Below are positions 1 through 11,168 of a stretch of 64,000 nt of DNA, piece by piece. Made by a program: the position numbers and the translations under genes. Numbering within the stretch: the stretch's first letter is position 1; each line of letters begins with the position of its first letter. The notes beneath the pieces are model-generated. The model saw nothing but the letters and a program-made list of their open reading frames with translations, made no database searches and was not told the DNA's origin. The stretch is taken from NCBI RefSeq assembly GCF_000143415.4, contig NW_003314286.1, forward strand, positions 965,643-1,029,642. Reading direction: 5' to 3'. This stretch comes from Selaginella moellendorffii. Lineage: Eukaryota > Plantae > Lycopodiophyta.

Positions 1-264
1 CCAACCCCACAAAGAAAATGACAGTTGACCACAAAGGACATGTCTGTATTTGTCACCAGCTGGCAACAAACATACATGTATCACCAACAAAGAACATGTG
101 GCCTTCAATGTCTGTAGCTGGCAACAAACGTGCACGCCATCGTTTTGGTAGCCATCTGGATCATTTATAGAGGAAGTCAGTATTTGCTTACTTCCCTCCC
201 TGTGTGTGCAAATTTCTGTGTGCAGAAGTGTGTGAAGGAAGAATAGATCCTAGTGTAACGTGAT

Positions 265-927
265 ATGGCTGGGAGGTGTAATCAAGGAAAGGGTGAGATG
301 GATGTAGAGGAAGCCAGTGATGAAATGGCTGCAGAAGAGAGCTCTGTGGTCACTCACGAAGAAGAGAAGTCTATTGCTGACGAAGAAAAAGGTGCAAGGT
401 CTGTAACTGCAGTCGTGGTGGCAGGACTGGGGCTTGGATCTTCGGTTATCAACAGCATCCTGAATGGGCTGGGTTCAGTACAACGCAAGATTGTAATCTC
501 GTTTGCCAACAATACTGGCCATCAGCTCACAGCTATAGGTGTATATTTCTTTTCTGGAACAGCTGACAATGGACTCCCTGGTGCTATTCCTGATAAATCC
601 ACACTCGGCTTTGGAGCTCGCAAGACAAGGGGTCCTGTGGCGAGAGGCACTGTTGGGGTTATCACTTATTATCTTTCAGCCGAAAATCGGACAGCCGCAA
701 TCATGTGGAGTGTCCCGTTTGACTACAACTTATATTCCAACTGGTGGAACTTTGAATTGCGAAATGGGAGAGTTTCCCCCTCAAGGAGCTTGTTCAACGA
801 TCTCTATTACACAGATTCTGCAATTAAGGGTGATAGCAACTTTGTCTCTCGCTTTACTAATGGACGGAAGTTTGAGGGGTCTATGGGACACTCTGGTACT
901 CCAGTTCTGGATATAACACTACACTAA
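265..927 (+). CDS. Actinoporin/bryoporin-like pore-forming protein, intronless, with an acidic N-terminal extension
   Basis: Aligns along its whole length with the equinatoxin/sticholysin pattern: amphipathic N-helix then RKIVISFANNTG, YFFSGT, RGPVARGTVGVITY, aromatic patch WSVPFDYNLYSNWW, LYY, KGD at the RGD position, and GSMGHSGTPVLDITL. Confidence 0.92.
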   Translation: MAGRCNQGKGEMDVEEASDEMAAEESSVVTHEEEKSIADEEKGARSVTAVVVAGLGLGSSVINSILNGLGSVQRKIVISFANNTGHQLTAIGVYFFSGTADNGLPGAIPDKSTLGFGARKTRGPVARGTVGVITYYLSAENRTAAIMWSVPFDYNLYSNWWNFELRNGRVSPSRSLFNDLYYTDSAIKGDSNFVSRFTNGRKFEGSMGHSGTPVLDITLH

Positions 928-1059
928 AATATTTTGAAGAGAAAGAGGAATATATCAACTACAAAAAATAAAAAATAAAAAACTGTATTAACTAAGTATA
1001 ATATATAATATTTTATTAGGTAGTTTATTTTGCTCATCGGCAAGGGGAGGAGGCGTGGA

Positions 1060-1965
1060 GACTACTCACCGGTGGATTGGGAAGCCAACGACGTTGTAGA
1101 AGCATCCATTGACGGACTTGACGAGTGAGGCGCCCACGTCCTGCAAGGCATTGAATGAATTACGAAGGTGATAAGGAACCTGGATGCCGTAACAGCCAGC
1201 TTTGTCCATGGGCTCCCCGGTCGCGATGTATGCTGTGATGGTAGCCTCGTCCAGATTACCAAACTCCTTCAGTAAGAAGAGGGGAAAACTCGAGAGCTCG
1301 AGAGCACGCTAACTTATTTTACAGAAGTCTCCTCGTAGAATGATCTTAACAATGGTGCCTGTCCGAGCGCGAGATCGAGAAACCTGGATTGAAACGAGGG
1401 CCCGACAGAGATAGGGAAGCAAATCTAGAGAACCTGTGGCATGCGGCAGGAGAATCACAACTCCTGTGTAAACTTTGTGTTGTTGGCCGGTAGAAACTCC
1501 GTTTTTGTGTGAGTTGCAAAACGATAGACAGGCGTCTTTCACATTGCGAGGCTTCTCCACAATCATTCCCTGCACAGCGTCTCACGCCAGGGATGAGAAA
1601 AAGAAAAGACATTTCTTACGTGAAGCTCCACGACTGTGTCAGCTCCAACGATTAAATCCACGTTCCTCTGGCTCTCGAGCTGAAAAACGAAAGAACTCAA
1701 CTAGAACCCCAGGAATAGTGACAAGATGACGCTTTTCTGTTCTTACTTGTATCAATCTCCTAGAAACTTCAATGGTTTTGTGAGTGGCGGTCTCCGCAGC
1801 ATAATCTGTCACAGTGCTTGTAAGCAAAGCGCCACAAAAATATTTTCTCACATCAGCAGTGGCATATGCCGGATTCCCGGAGTCGCCATCGGCAGCAATT
1901 ATGAACTGTTTCTTCAGGGTTTTCTCTAAGAAGTGTCAATCGTTGTGCCTCAATAGTGGCATGGA
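1060..1965 (-). pseudogene. Maf/ASMTL-like nucleotide pyrophosphatase gene fragment (N-terminus not found)
   Basis: Exon-like pieces translate to DYAAETATHKTIEVSRRL, GMIVEKPRNVKDA, HKVYTGVVILL, EFGNLDEATITAYIATGEPMDKAGCYGIQ and DVGASLVKSVNGCFYNVVGFPIHR, all Maf motifs. Confidence 0.75.
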
Positions 1966-2480
1966 TCATTTACCTGTGTCAAAAGTAATCAGTGCGTTTG
2001 CAGGTTTTGTCTGGAGTTGGAGAGTCTCATCGGGAGTGGAATGCTCCACAGAGCTCTGAAATTTGCCTGCCACTAAATATCTAGAGGAAGACGAGACGAG
2101 GTGGCTTCTCGCTCCGCCCCGTCTCGGTGCAAGAAGCTCTCTCAAAACTCTAGATGAGATGAAAGGAGGGTGGCCATGGCAAAAAAAATATTTATTTTTA
2201 TTTTTATTTTTTGCTCAAATTCTCGTTTTTGTGTAGACGACTGGGCTCTTCCTCCTTTGCATTTTTCCCCAGCTCGCTCAATTCCCACAGAAAATCTCGT
2301 CGGGAATGCCCTACATACAGGATTCACAGTTCGCAGTGATCGGATCCAATCACTATCTGGATTACCTGTTTCGTGCTCCGCCGCCACCTTGGTGTCGCCC
2401 TGGGCATAGCCCCGCCATTGAAAGATCCGCTGCTCCAAGCCCCTGGCGCCATGGTGGCGCCGCTGGGGTCTGGCCGGCGC

Positions 2481-2581
2481 TCCCGTTTGCTATTATTCCA
2501 AGTGGTGGAACTTTGAAATTGCTAAATGGGAGAGTTTCCCCCTCAAGGAGCTTGTAGAACGATCTCTCTGCAATTAAGGGT
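2481..2581 (+). pseudogene. Fragment of the actinoporin gene
   Basis: Diverged copy of about 713-833 (shared tggtggaactttgaa...aaatgggagagtttccccctcaaggagcttgt...ctgcaattaagggt) with small deletions. Confidence 0.85.
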
Positions 2582-2582
2582 A

Positions 2583-3141
2583 GATCCATGCCACTGTTGT
2601 TGCGACCTCGCAACCGTTGACACTACTTGATCTAATACCCTGAAGAAACAAAAAGAAGTTTAAGAAAGAAATGTAGTGGTTTTGCAAAACCTTGTCAGGT
2701 CCGATCGTCTTACATGAACTCCCGTGGCGAGCAACGTCGGCACACAAAGTTACACGGGAGTTGTGATCCTCCTGCCGCATGCCACAGGTTCTCTAGATTT
2801 GCTTCCCTATCTCTGTCGGGGCCTTGTTTCAATCAAGATTTCTAGATCCCACGCTTGGACAGCCACCATTGTTACGATCATTCTACGAGGAGACTGCTGT
2901 AACATAAGTTAGTTTGCTCTCGAGCTCTCAAGCTTTCCCCTCGACGGTGGAGTTTGGTAATCTGGACGAGGCTACCACCCATCGCGACCAGGGAGCCCAT
3001 GGACAAAGCTGGCTCTTATGGCATCCAGGTTCCTTTGTCTTTTCATTCCTCGTCGCAGTTAATTCAATGCCGTGCAGGACGCGGGCGCCTCCGTCGTCGT
3101 CGTTGGCCACCGGTAAGTCTCTCTACACCCCCTCCCCTTGC
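2583..3141 (+). pseudogene. Second, more degraded Maf-like copy in inverted orientation
   Basis: 2741-3141 is the diverged reverse complement of 1040-1482; 2583-2650 matches the reverse complement of about 1910-1968; EPMDKAGSYGIQ is retained, with frameshifts and deletions. Confidence 0.75.
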
Positions 3142-3732
3142 GTAGATCTTCATACAATCAATGCGTTTGCAGGTTTTGTCTGGAGCTGGAGAGTCTCATC
3201 CGGAGTGGAATGCTCCGGGAGAAGAATCCAGCATCGACAGAGCTCTGAAATTTGCCTGCCACTAAATATCTAGAGACAGGCGAGACGAGGCAACCAGCTC
3301 TCTAAGGGTGTTGAAAGGGTGGCGATGCTATCCCTTTCGCCGGGGACGGGAGGGTTATTGTTTTTGCTCAATGGTTTTCTCGTTTTCGTGTAGACGAAAG
3401 ATATCGTCTCTCGTCATGCATACAACGCCTCGTCGTCTGCTTCCAGGCGCTTGAATTCGTGGCCTGGCATTGGCTTTTTGGACTTGCTTGCAGCACACTG
3501 CAGAATCTTAGAGAAAGTCCACACCACGCAATAATGGAGAATATGGGCATGATTCTGTGCAAGACAAAAACAAGGATTCAGCTTCGGCAGCAGCAGCAGT
3601 AGGTAGCAACAGGAGCAGAGCAGAATCACAAGAGGAGTTGCCCACCGACTCCTTTTTACCACTCATTTCATGAAGAATTCAATCTTTCCCGTGATTTTTC
3701 TGATTTAAATCTTTTTTGTTTTCGAAAAAACA

Positions 3733-3736
<4 letters not shown>

Positions 3737-3768
<32 letters not shown>
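3737..3768. repeat. (GA)n microsatellite
   Basis: Direct observation. Confidence 0.9.
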
Positions 3769-3770
<2 letters not shown>

Positions 3771-4447
3771 ACTTATTGTTTCAACATATCATCCGACGAA
3801 CAAAACTGAAATTCTTCTTGCTGCTGCTTGCTGCCTCCTGCCTCTCTCGCCAAACATTTTTTTTTTTCCTCCTCCTCCTCCTTCCTTGCCTAGTCTCTTC
3901 TTGCGGCCGTGCGTTCAAGCTCAACAACGGTAAATTTATCCTCACCTACATATTGTGCTTCCATGCTGCTGCTGCTGCTATTTACACTGCCTGACTGACT
4001 GACTGGCGCGTTTGCCTCCCTGGCTCCCACTCCCAAGCTTTTTGTTTTTGCTCTCTTTGTCCTCACTCTCGCCACTAAATACACCGAAGTTATTCCCCTC
4101 CCTACTTTCCTGGAGAGCGAGCGAGCGAGCGAGCGAGTGAGAGAGCATTTGAATCCATCCTGAACACCACCACCATCCTTGCTGCTGCTTCCTTCTTCTT
4201 CAGCTTCCCTGATCGTCGTCGTCACCAATCAATCATCCTCCGTCAGTCCTCCAGTCCAAGTCCTCCTCTTCGTCGTCCTGCACTTAACTATTTTCTCTAG
4301 CTCTTTTTTTTTTTTCTTTTCTTTTCTTTTCTTTTGGCGTCTTCTTCTTCTTCCCCCCGTCCCGCAACACCGTCTACTAGCTAGCCGCCGATATGGTATC
4401 TGTTGTCTTGTCTGTGAGAGATCAAGTTTGAGTTGGCCGTCTCGTCG

Positions 4448-4523
4448 TCAGTTCTCATAGCTTGTTGACAGTGTGAGCGAGCTCTGGCTGGTGCTGATCG
4501 GTGGTGCCGACACCTGCGCATGC

Positions 4524-4556
<33 letters not shown>

Positions 4557-6586
4557 GGCTGTTGCTGTGACGCGTTGGCAGCACCGTCCTCTTCGCCACC
4601 ACCAGCGCCAGCGCCACCAGCGCCACTCCCGCACATCACCTGTTGCCCGCAGAGCATGTTAGACGAATCCAAACCGGTCTCGCCAATGCCGTGATGGCTG
4701 CAGTCGAACGAAACCATCATGTTGTTCTGGGTCGAGTCATTGCCAGCTCCACCTCTGGAGAAGTTAGAATCGGATATCGCCTCTTGTTGCTGCAAGAAAC
4801 CGATTCACACGTAAGAATTTAAGCGTCCAACGCTGTAGACGAAGATACCAAAAGAAACAAGAGCTATACGTACGCCAGGGTAGAAGCTTGGGTTTTGCTC
4901 CGAGTTTCGGTAAGCGTTCCACACGGGTTGCATCTCCGTAGAATCAAACACGAGAGACTCTTTGTGCTCCTCCTCCTGCTGTGGGATCAAGTCCGCCTTC
5001 TCCTCCTTGTAGATTGTTGGCTGTGTCTCCATCTCCTCATAGTAGAGAGGGAACATCTTAGCCTCCGACATCATGGCTTGCTGCATCCCAAACGGGGACT
5101 TCAGCTGCTGGACTTGATTCATTCTCATCTGATTTGTATATGCTTGGGACATCGAGGAGCTGGGAGAGCTGGCATCTCCATTGTCCCTGCACAAAGGAGA
5201 ACAAGAGCATTCGATTCGACTGACAGATAAACGTCACAAAATACCTTCTCTGGGGAAAGAAACTGAGCTCATTGTACTGCGAAGCACTGTCAGACCAAGA
5301 GGATGGAATCTGAACATCTCCCATCGACCCGTTAGGAGCCATCATAGGATACATCTATGAAAAACAAGTTACGATGAAAGAGAGAACAAAAAAAACGCAA
5401 CGGAATGTCCAACGAACTACACACACCTGTTGCAGTTGACCATAAGGTACCACTTGGTTCTATAAATGGGAAAGGTTAAAATGGTGAAGACAGAAGCATA
5501 AAAACAAACGGGTACCTGCATCATGCCTCCCATACCATGGTTTTGCAGCTCTTGCTGTTGTCAGCAGCATGAGAAGTTTAGAAAGAGAAAATTACGGCAG
5601 AACACAGACCTTGCGTGTGCGTATCTTCTGTAGTGTAGATTTCAGGCACTCTTCGAGCTGCAAAAGCTCCTCGATCCCGAGACCTCCAATGTCGCCTTCG
5701 AAAAAACTGCAGTCAAGATTACACAAGTAAACAAAGCGACGAGCCGGAGAACTATAGCCGCCGTACCGCAATCTTGTGCGCAGAGCCTCGTTCTCAAACT
5801 GAATCTTGGAGACATCCCTGTAGTGAGCCTGAAGAGGCGCAGGTGTAGCAAGCACAGAGATGAGAATCATAAAACACTCACCACCAGGCTCTCGTAGTTT
5901 GAGTTGCTGCAACAGTGGAATTAGCAAAGCTGGATTGGAATTAAATTCATTAAATTAGGATTACCTTGTCTCCCCGTTAGTTATCTCAGATCCGCTTGGA
6001 TAAGATCGTCGAATTTTGTTAATGATCTGTTACCGTGAACATACAGTTAAAACATCAATATCGCCAGTACACCGACTTACTTCTTCAGAGTCAAGCCGCC
6101 TACATGACAACAAAAGAAAACCACACGGAACAGCATTAGAGTCATAAAAGAATGCACGGAAGAAGGAGAGCTGCGAGAGACCTTTTTGTCCTTTCATTTT
6201 CAGGAAGGGAAATAAAGCGCAGGATTATCTCCTCAATCCTGTAGTTCAATCATTGCACATATAAAAAAGATCTTCAGAAACGAAAGACGATGGGAGGTGA
6301 ATTGAGCAGCCAAAGGATAATCGATCGGGAAAGTAAGAAGGAAAAAGAAAACCGAGCAAAAAAGGTGAAGAAAACGAACCACAGGAGCCTCTCTCGCTTA
6401 CCTCCCGTCATTGGGATGAATACTCAGCTTCCCAGCCGGAGAGAACATGATCAAGGCAACATCAGTGTCGCACAGCGTGGAGAGCTCGAAGGCTTTCTTC
6501 ATCAGCCCATTCCTTCGCTTGGAGTAAGTCACCTGGCGTGCCTGGTGGTTCTCGATCTTTTTTATTTCCAGCTTCACCCGACCCAT
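4448..6586 (-). CDS. MIKC*-type MADS-box transcription factor, multi-exon, with C-terminal poly-Q
   Basis: [54 protein letters not shown]; next exon [19 protein letters not shown] (MIKC* I region); several very small exons; K-like [22 protein letters not shown]; CAG repeat at about 4525-4567. Confidence 0.88.
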
Positions 6587-8158
6587 TGTTTCTGTTCTCT
6601 GGCAACCGTCAACCATTTGACATTAATGTCGTGCCCGTCAATTGAGAGCGCATCCGCTCGGTGAGTGAGCTGAACTTTTACCTTGGGATGGGCCTCTCCA
6701 ATCTGGGACTCGACACACTGCAAACACAGCCATTGCTACGCTTGTATAAAGGCAAGAAAGGAAAAACGAAAAGAAAACGAGAGAAGGAAGGAAAAAAAGA
6801 CACAGTACCTTACAAGATCTAAACTTGCAGTGCCGATCCAAGCCCCGATCAAAGCTCTCTCCTCCTCTAAGTTCTCCCCTATCCTGATTTTCCTGTCGCG
6901 ATCCTTTTGGCGCGGGGCCCGTCTTCGGTGTTGCCAGGTGCGATCGCCGACCTGTCCTTGTTCCTAGAGCTAATCACTTCCAGGCAGTGTCAATGCGAGC
7001 TGTCCTCCTCCTCATCTTCCATGAGCAGCGCCGCAAGATCAAGAACTACAATCGCATGCCAGCCGCTCCAAGACGACTGCTGCTCATTGGCAGCGATCCC
7101 GCGCTCCCAATTCTGCCCGATTCGACCTTTCTTTTTCGATATTTCGGGCCTGCCAAGCATACAAGAGCCGAGCTGCTAGAGAATGACAAACCCCGGCATT
7201 GAAATATCGATTCTTGGCGGGGCGAATCCAGCGCCGGCGCGAGCGCCTCACACCGCCATAGCTGCCGCAGCTCGTGGAGGCGCGCGCGATCGATCTTCTT
7301 CCCGGGGCACGCTGCTGAGGTGTCGGCGCCTCGACCGGAAGAACACACACACAAGAGAAGAGAAAAAATGAGAGAGGAGAAAATTAATCGACCTACGCAG
7401 GCAAACCAAAGCAAAACCAAATGGGATGAAATGGAGAAAAAGCCCCCTCTTAAACCTTGGGGCCCCAAGGGCAGTCCTTAGCAAAGCCGCCCTGTGGAAA
7501 TAGCCTTCCCCAATCAGGCGAGGCCACATCACTGACAATAGCTGCCCCCGTTTCTCACCGCGGTGTGAAAATGCCGGGTAAGACGGTAACCACCAGATTT
7601 TACCACGCCGGAGCCTGTGGGACCGGGTCGTCGACGGCGACTAAATTGGGAAAAAGCGGGGCCCACGTCAGCGTCTTTTGGGACGAAGGGGGCCATGCAT
7701 GCATGCATGGAAAATTTGTTTTTACCGCGGCCGCAACGCTGGGCATCCCGCGGCCATCCAAGCGCCACCACGTCCATGTTAACCCCAGGTAAAAACCACC
7801 ATGACCTCCATTCATCATCATCCACCATGGTAAACTCGGAGAAAGCAAGAAAGCGCCATAAATCTTACTAACATCAGTAAAAACTTAAAAGTGAAAAAAG
7901 CAAGGCTCTTGCATTGCTTTGTGTGTGTTTCTTTTGCCCCTTTCTTTACTTCTTTAGCCACCCTGGGGCTTTTAAATGCGACGCTAGAAGCGACCCAGTG
8001 GCTCCAGTTTTGCAGGATACCCGTTTGGAGCTCTCGTAGTAAGCAACTGGAACTGGAGCCCTCGCGCAAAAGCCCAGTACTGGCATTATTTGTGGCCACT
8101 GTAGTGCGTCACAGGCATCCTCCTGGCATCCAAAAAATTTAAGACTAGCATGATGTGT

Positions 8159-8182
8159 TGTGTGTGTGTGTGTGTGTGTGTG
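8159..8182. repeat. (TG)n microsatellite
   Basis: Direct observation. Confidence 0.9.
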
Positions 8183-8852
8183 CGAGAGTAGTAGAATCAA
8201 TCAACAGAAAATAAAAATTAAAGAAATTAAAGCCTGGTACGAGCAAAAGGCTCCAAACAAACGGGCCGGTTAGTGTGCATTACATTGCATCACCACCACC
8301 ATAAACTTCCCACTTCGATTTCTGGTGGTTCAACAACGTAGCTCGCGCGTCACCTTTGTTTTTTTGTTTTTCTGTTCTGTAGAAACCAAGGAGGGAGAGA
8401 AAGATCGCATTAGTTATAGCACAAGCTTACGCTGCAGTGTACGAAGGAAAAGAGGGAGAGAGAAAAAGAGCCTGGTCGCTGTGTGCGCGGAGGACAATGC
8501 ACGCCTCGACTCGATACTAGAGCCTCATCAGAGAACGAAGGAAACAAAACAATGGTCAAAAACAAGACTGACAAAGGAAATATTAACTTAGCCGCAGAAA
8601 GAATGAGGAGGAGAACTTTAACTTTGGCTTGTGCTTGGCCACGGCACGACTGTGCTGCTGCTACTCTCTGCAACGCAAAGAAACGAAAAGCAACACTCGT
8701 TAATCGAGACGCTGCAGGAGAAACAAAAGGCGGACGAGAAGAAAAAACGGACCTGTTATAAAATTTAAGTGTACAAGGTACACGGGTGACCGAGTGACCG
8801 AGTGAATAATACAGGCGGGTCGATCGTCTTCTCGAATCTCTGCGGTGGTTTC

Positions 8853-10863
8853 TCAGAAGGGGCTGACGAGTCGAGCCAATTGGAGCAGTATTTCAGGGAC
8901 GAGTTGCTCCGAGACGACTGATTCGGGTGCATCTTCTCCCTCATAAATCAATGCCACGATGTGCTCTAGAAGCTCATCTCGGCCTCCACGCATTGGATCC
9001 TGAACCACAATTTCCGTTCGTTAGTCTCCAAAATAATGCACCGCTGTGGAGCCAGTGGCTGAGCACATTGCTGTAGCGAGCGAGTGCGTGAGCCAGAGGT
9101 GTGCAAAGATGAAAACACGAATTCGTGATCGACACTCTCAAGGATATAATGGACCTGGAAAGCGACCCACCTGTAAAAATAAATCGGTATGCGTCTTATG
9201 CGGGAAAAGCTTTGTTGTAACTTTCACTCCTGCTGCTCGCAGGGAGTCTGCGAATCGAACCCTGCACGTGCAGCCACGAGAAGAATAATATCAAAATCGG
9301 GCACTGACTCGCGAAAAGGTGTGAAACTAGCATCAAAATGACAGCATAAAGTACTCACGTCGCATGGTATGGAATAGAATAGTCGGCCGTTCCGTGGAAG
9401 AGCATGGCTGGTGGCAAAAGATGCATCCATGGCTGGAAATCCTTGCGTTTAACAACGAGCTCGGGTGAAAACCGAGGCAGAGACTCCTCGCCTTCCATAA
9501 CGCTGTAAACAACAATTAGCTCTTTGTTCCAACTGATATCATTCCAAAACAAAATGCGCTAACCTTAAGAAGATTGACTTGTACAGTCCTCTCTGATGGA
9601 AATGGTCGACAAGTTCAAGCAAATTGTACCTGAAAGAATGAAAACGCCTTTAGCGCCAAATTATCGTGTTGAAATGGCTTACCCTCCAGAAATCCCGAAA
9701 AACATTTTGAACTGGGAGGGAGTCCACATCACCCTGGATCTCCCATTCAGCTTTTGCTTCTTTGCTTGGATTATTAGAGCGCAAGAAGAAAGGTGCGCAC
9801 CTGCCGATTGACCGGCAAGAAAAAGTCTGTTCATAAGTTAGAAACAATCGTCGTAAAGCCAGCTGAGAGTACTCACTTGTTTGGGTCGCCTCCAAAGCTT
9901 GCTATGTTGTTACAAAAAAAAGACAATGCATTTCCTACATCTTCCACCATGTCGCTGATGGTACCCTGGGGAAAATTCCTAGATAAACAAAAGAAGTGAG
10001 GCCCCCAGGACTGTGGCGTATTCCCTTACCTATAGTCAATGCACGCAACTATAACATCTCTTTCGACAAGACGTTTTGCTAAAAGAGACCCCCATGCCTT
10101 GTACCTGAAATTCTCATGTAATTCAAGATAGACTAGAACAAGGCAACTTTACCCAATGATCCAAGCTCCGCCGGTCACAAATGCCACAGCTGGCATTGGC
10201 TTGTCCAAATTCTCTGGTAAGTACAAGTCCAACCTGCTCAGAGCAAATCTCTGTTGACAGCAAATTTTCAAAGTGGAGCGAAAGAAGCACCTGTTCCTTG
10301 GCTGATCTCCATAAACAATGCTTCGATGAACACAGGGAGAAGTAAAATAGTACCACCCAACTGATCAAAGCACACGAGCTTTTGGTTATGCCTAGTGCCT
10401 AGCTATGGTGAAGAAATGTTTTTCAAAAGTATCAAGCGCACTTACTTTGAATAAAGCCCGGCATGAGGAATAAAGCGTACAAGCCCAGTGCCATGAGCTT
10501 ACACACCCATCGATATCCCACACTGGAGAAATAAGAAGACATTGAGAAAATCCAAAGAAGAAAAAGAAAGATCTCATCGTACCCGAGATATGAAAGGAGC
10601 TTGAAGCTGAGCTGCGTGATCAAGTAAGTTTCCGAGGCAGCGTGTTGGAAATCCGCTTTGAAAGAAGGCTGCTGCTCGATGGGAGTCCCCACAATCATCT
10701 CCGTGACAGCTCTTCTCGGCCCCCGGTGCCGCCGTCCAAATGAGGGCGCGTGAAGCGCCAACGCGGCATCCGCCGAGGCGCGCCGCGTGAGCTTCCCGCT
10801 TCCATGGTGATCCTCCCGCTCCAGCACAGCACAAGAATCGTCCTGCGAGCTCAACTCCGGCAT
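8853..10863 (-). CDS. ICME: Isoprenylcysteine alpha-carbonyl methylesterase (ICME family), multi-exon; alternative ATG at 10887
   Basis: [25 protein letters not shown]...[18 protein letters not shown] and last exon [13 protein letters not shown]...[11 protein letters not shown]. Confidence 0.88.
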
Positions 10864-11168
10864 TTCTTCACCCGGCGCACAGAGCATCTGGATCGATCAA
10901 CGAGCTCGAAATATTTCGCTCTTACCAGCCAGATCGCTCGCCAGAGATCGCCGAAAACCGGGGATCCTTTGCGTGAGGAGCGATCGATCCCTGGCGCGCG
11001 AATGTAGCTACAGCCGAATCTTGCCCTGCCAGGATCTCTTTTCACCACTTGGAGCAACACAATAGCTAGGGCAAAGATATTATACCACAAGAGCAACACG
11101 TGTCCCACAAGGTTAGTTCCAAGTCAGCACGTCACATAGTACAAAATTCGCCCACCCCGTCAAGCCCG

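Larger units (their letters stand above)
1987..3397 (+). repeat. Direct repeat pair, about 250 bp each (1987-2240 and 3157-3397)
   Basis: Both copies share tgcgtttgcaggttttgtctggag...gagtctcatc...gagctctgaaatttgcctgccactaaatatctagag...gtgtagacga. Confidence 0.85.

Noticed and set aside
4010-4035. Partial miR160-like string (cctggctccc)
   Set aside because: Only about 10 nt match and there is no precursor hairpin.
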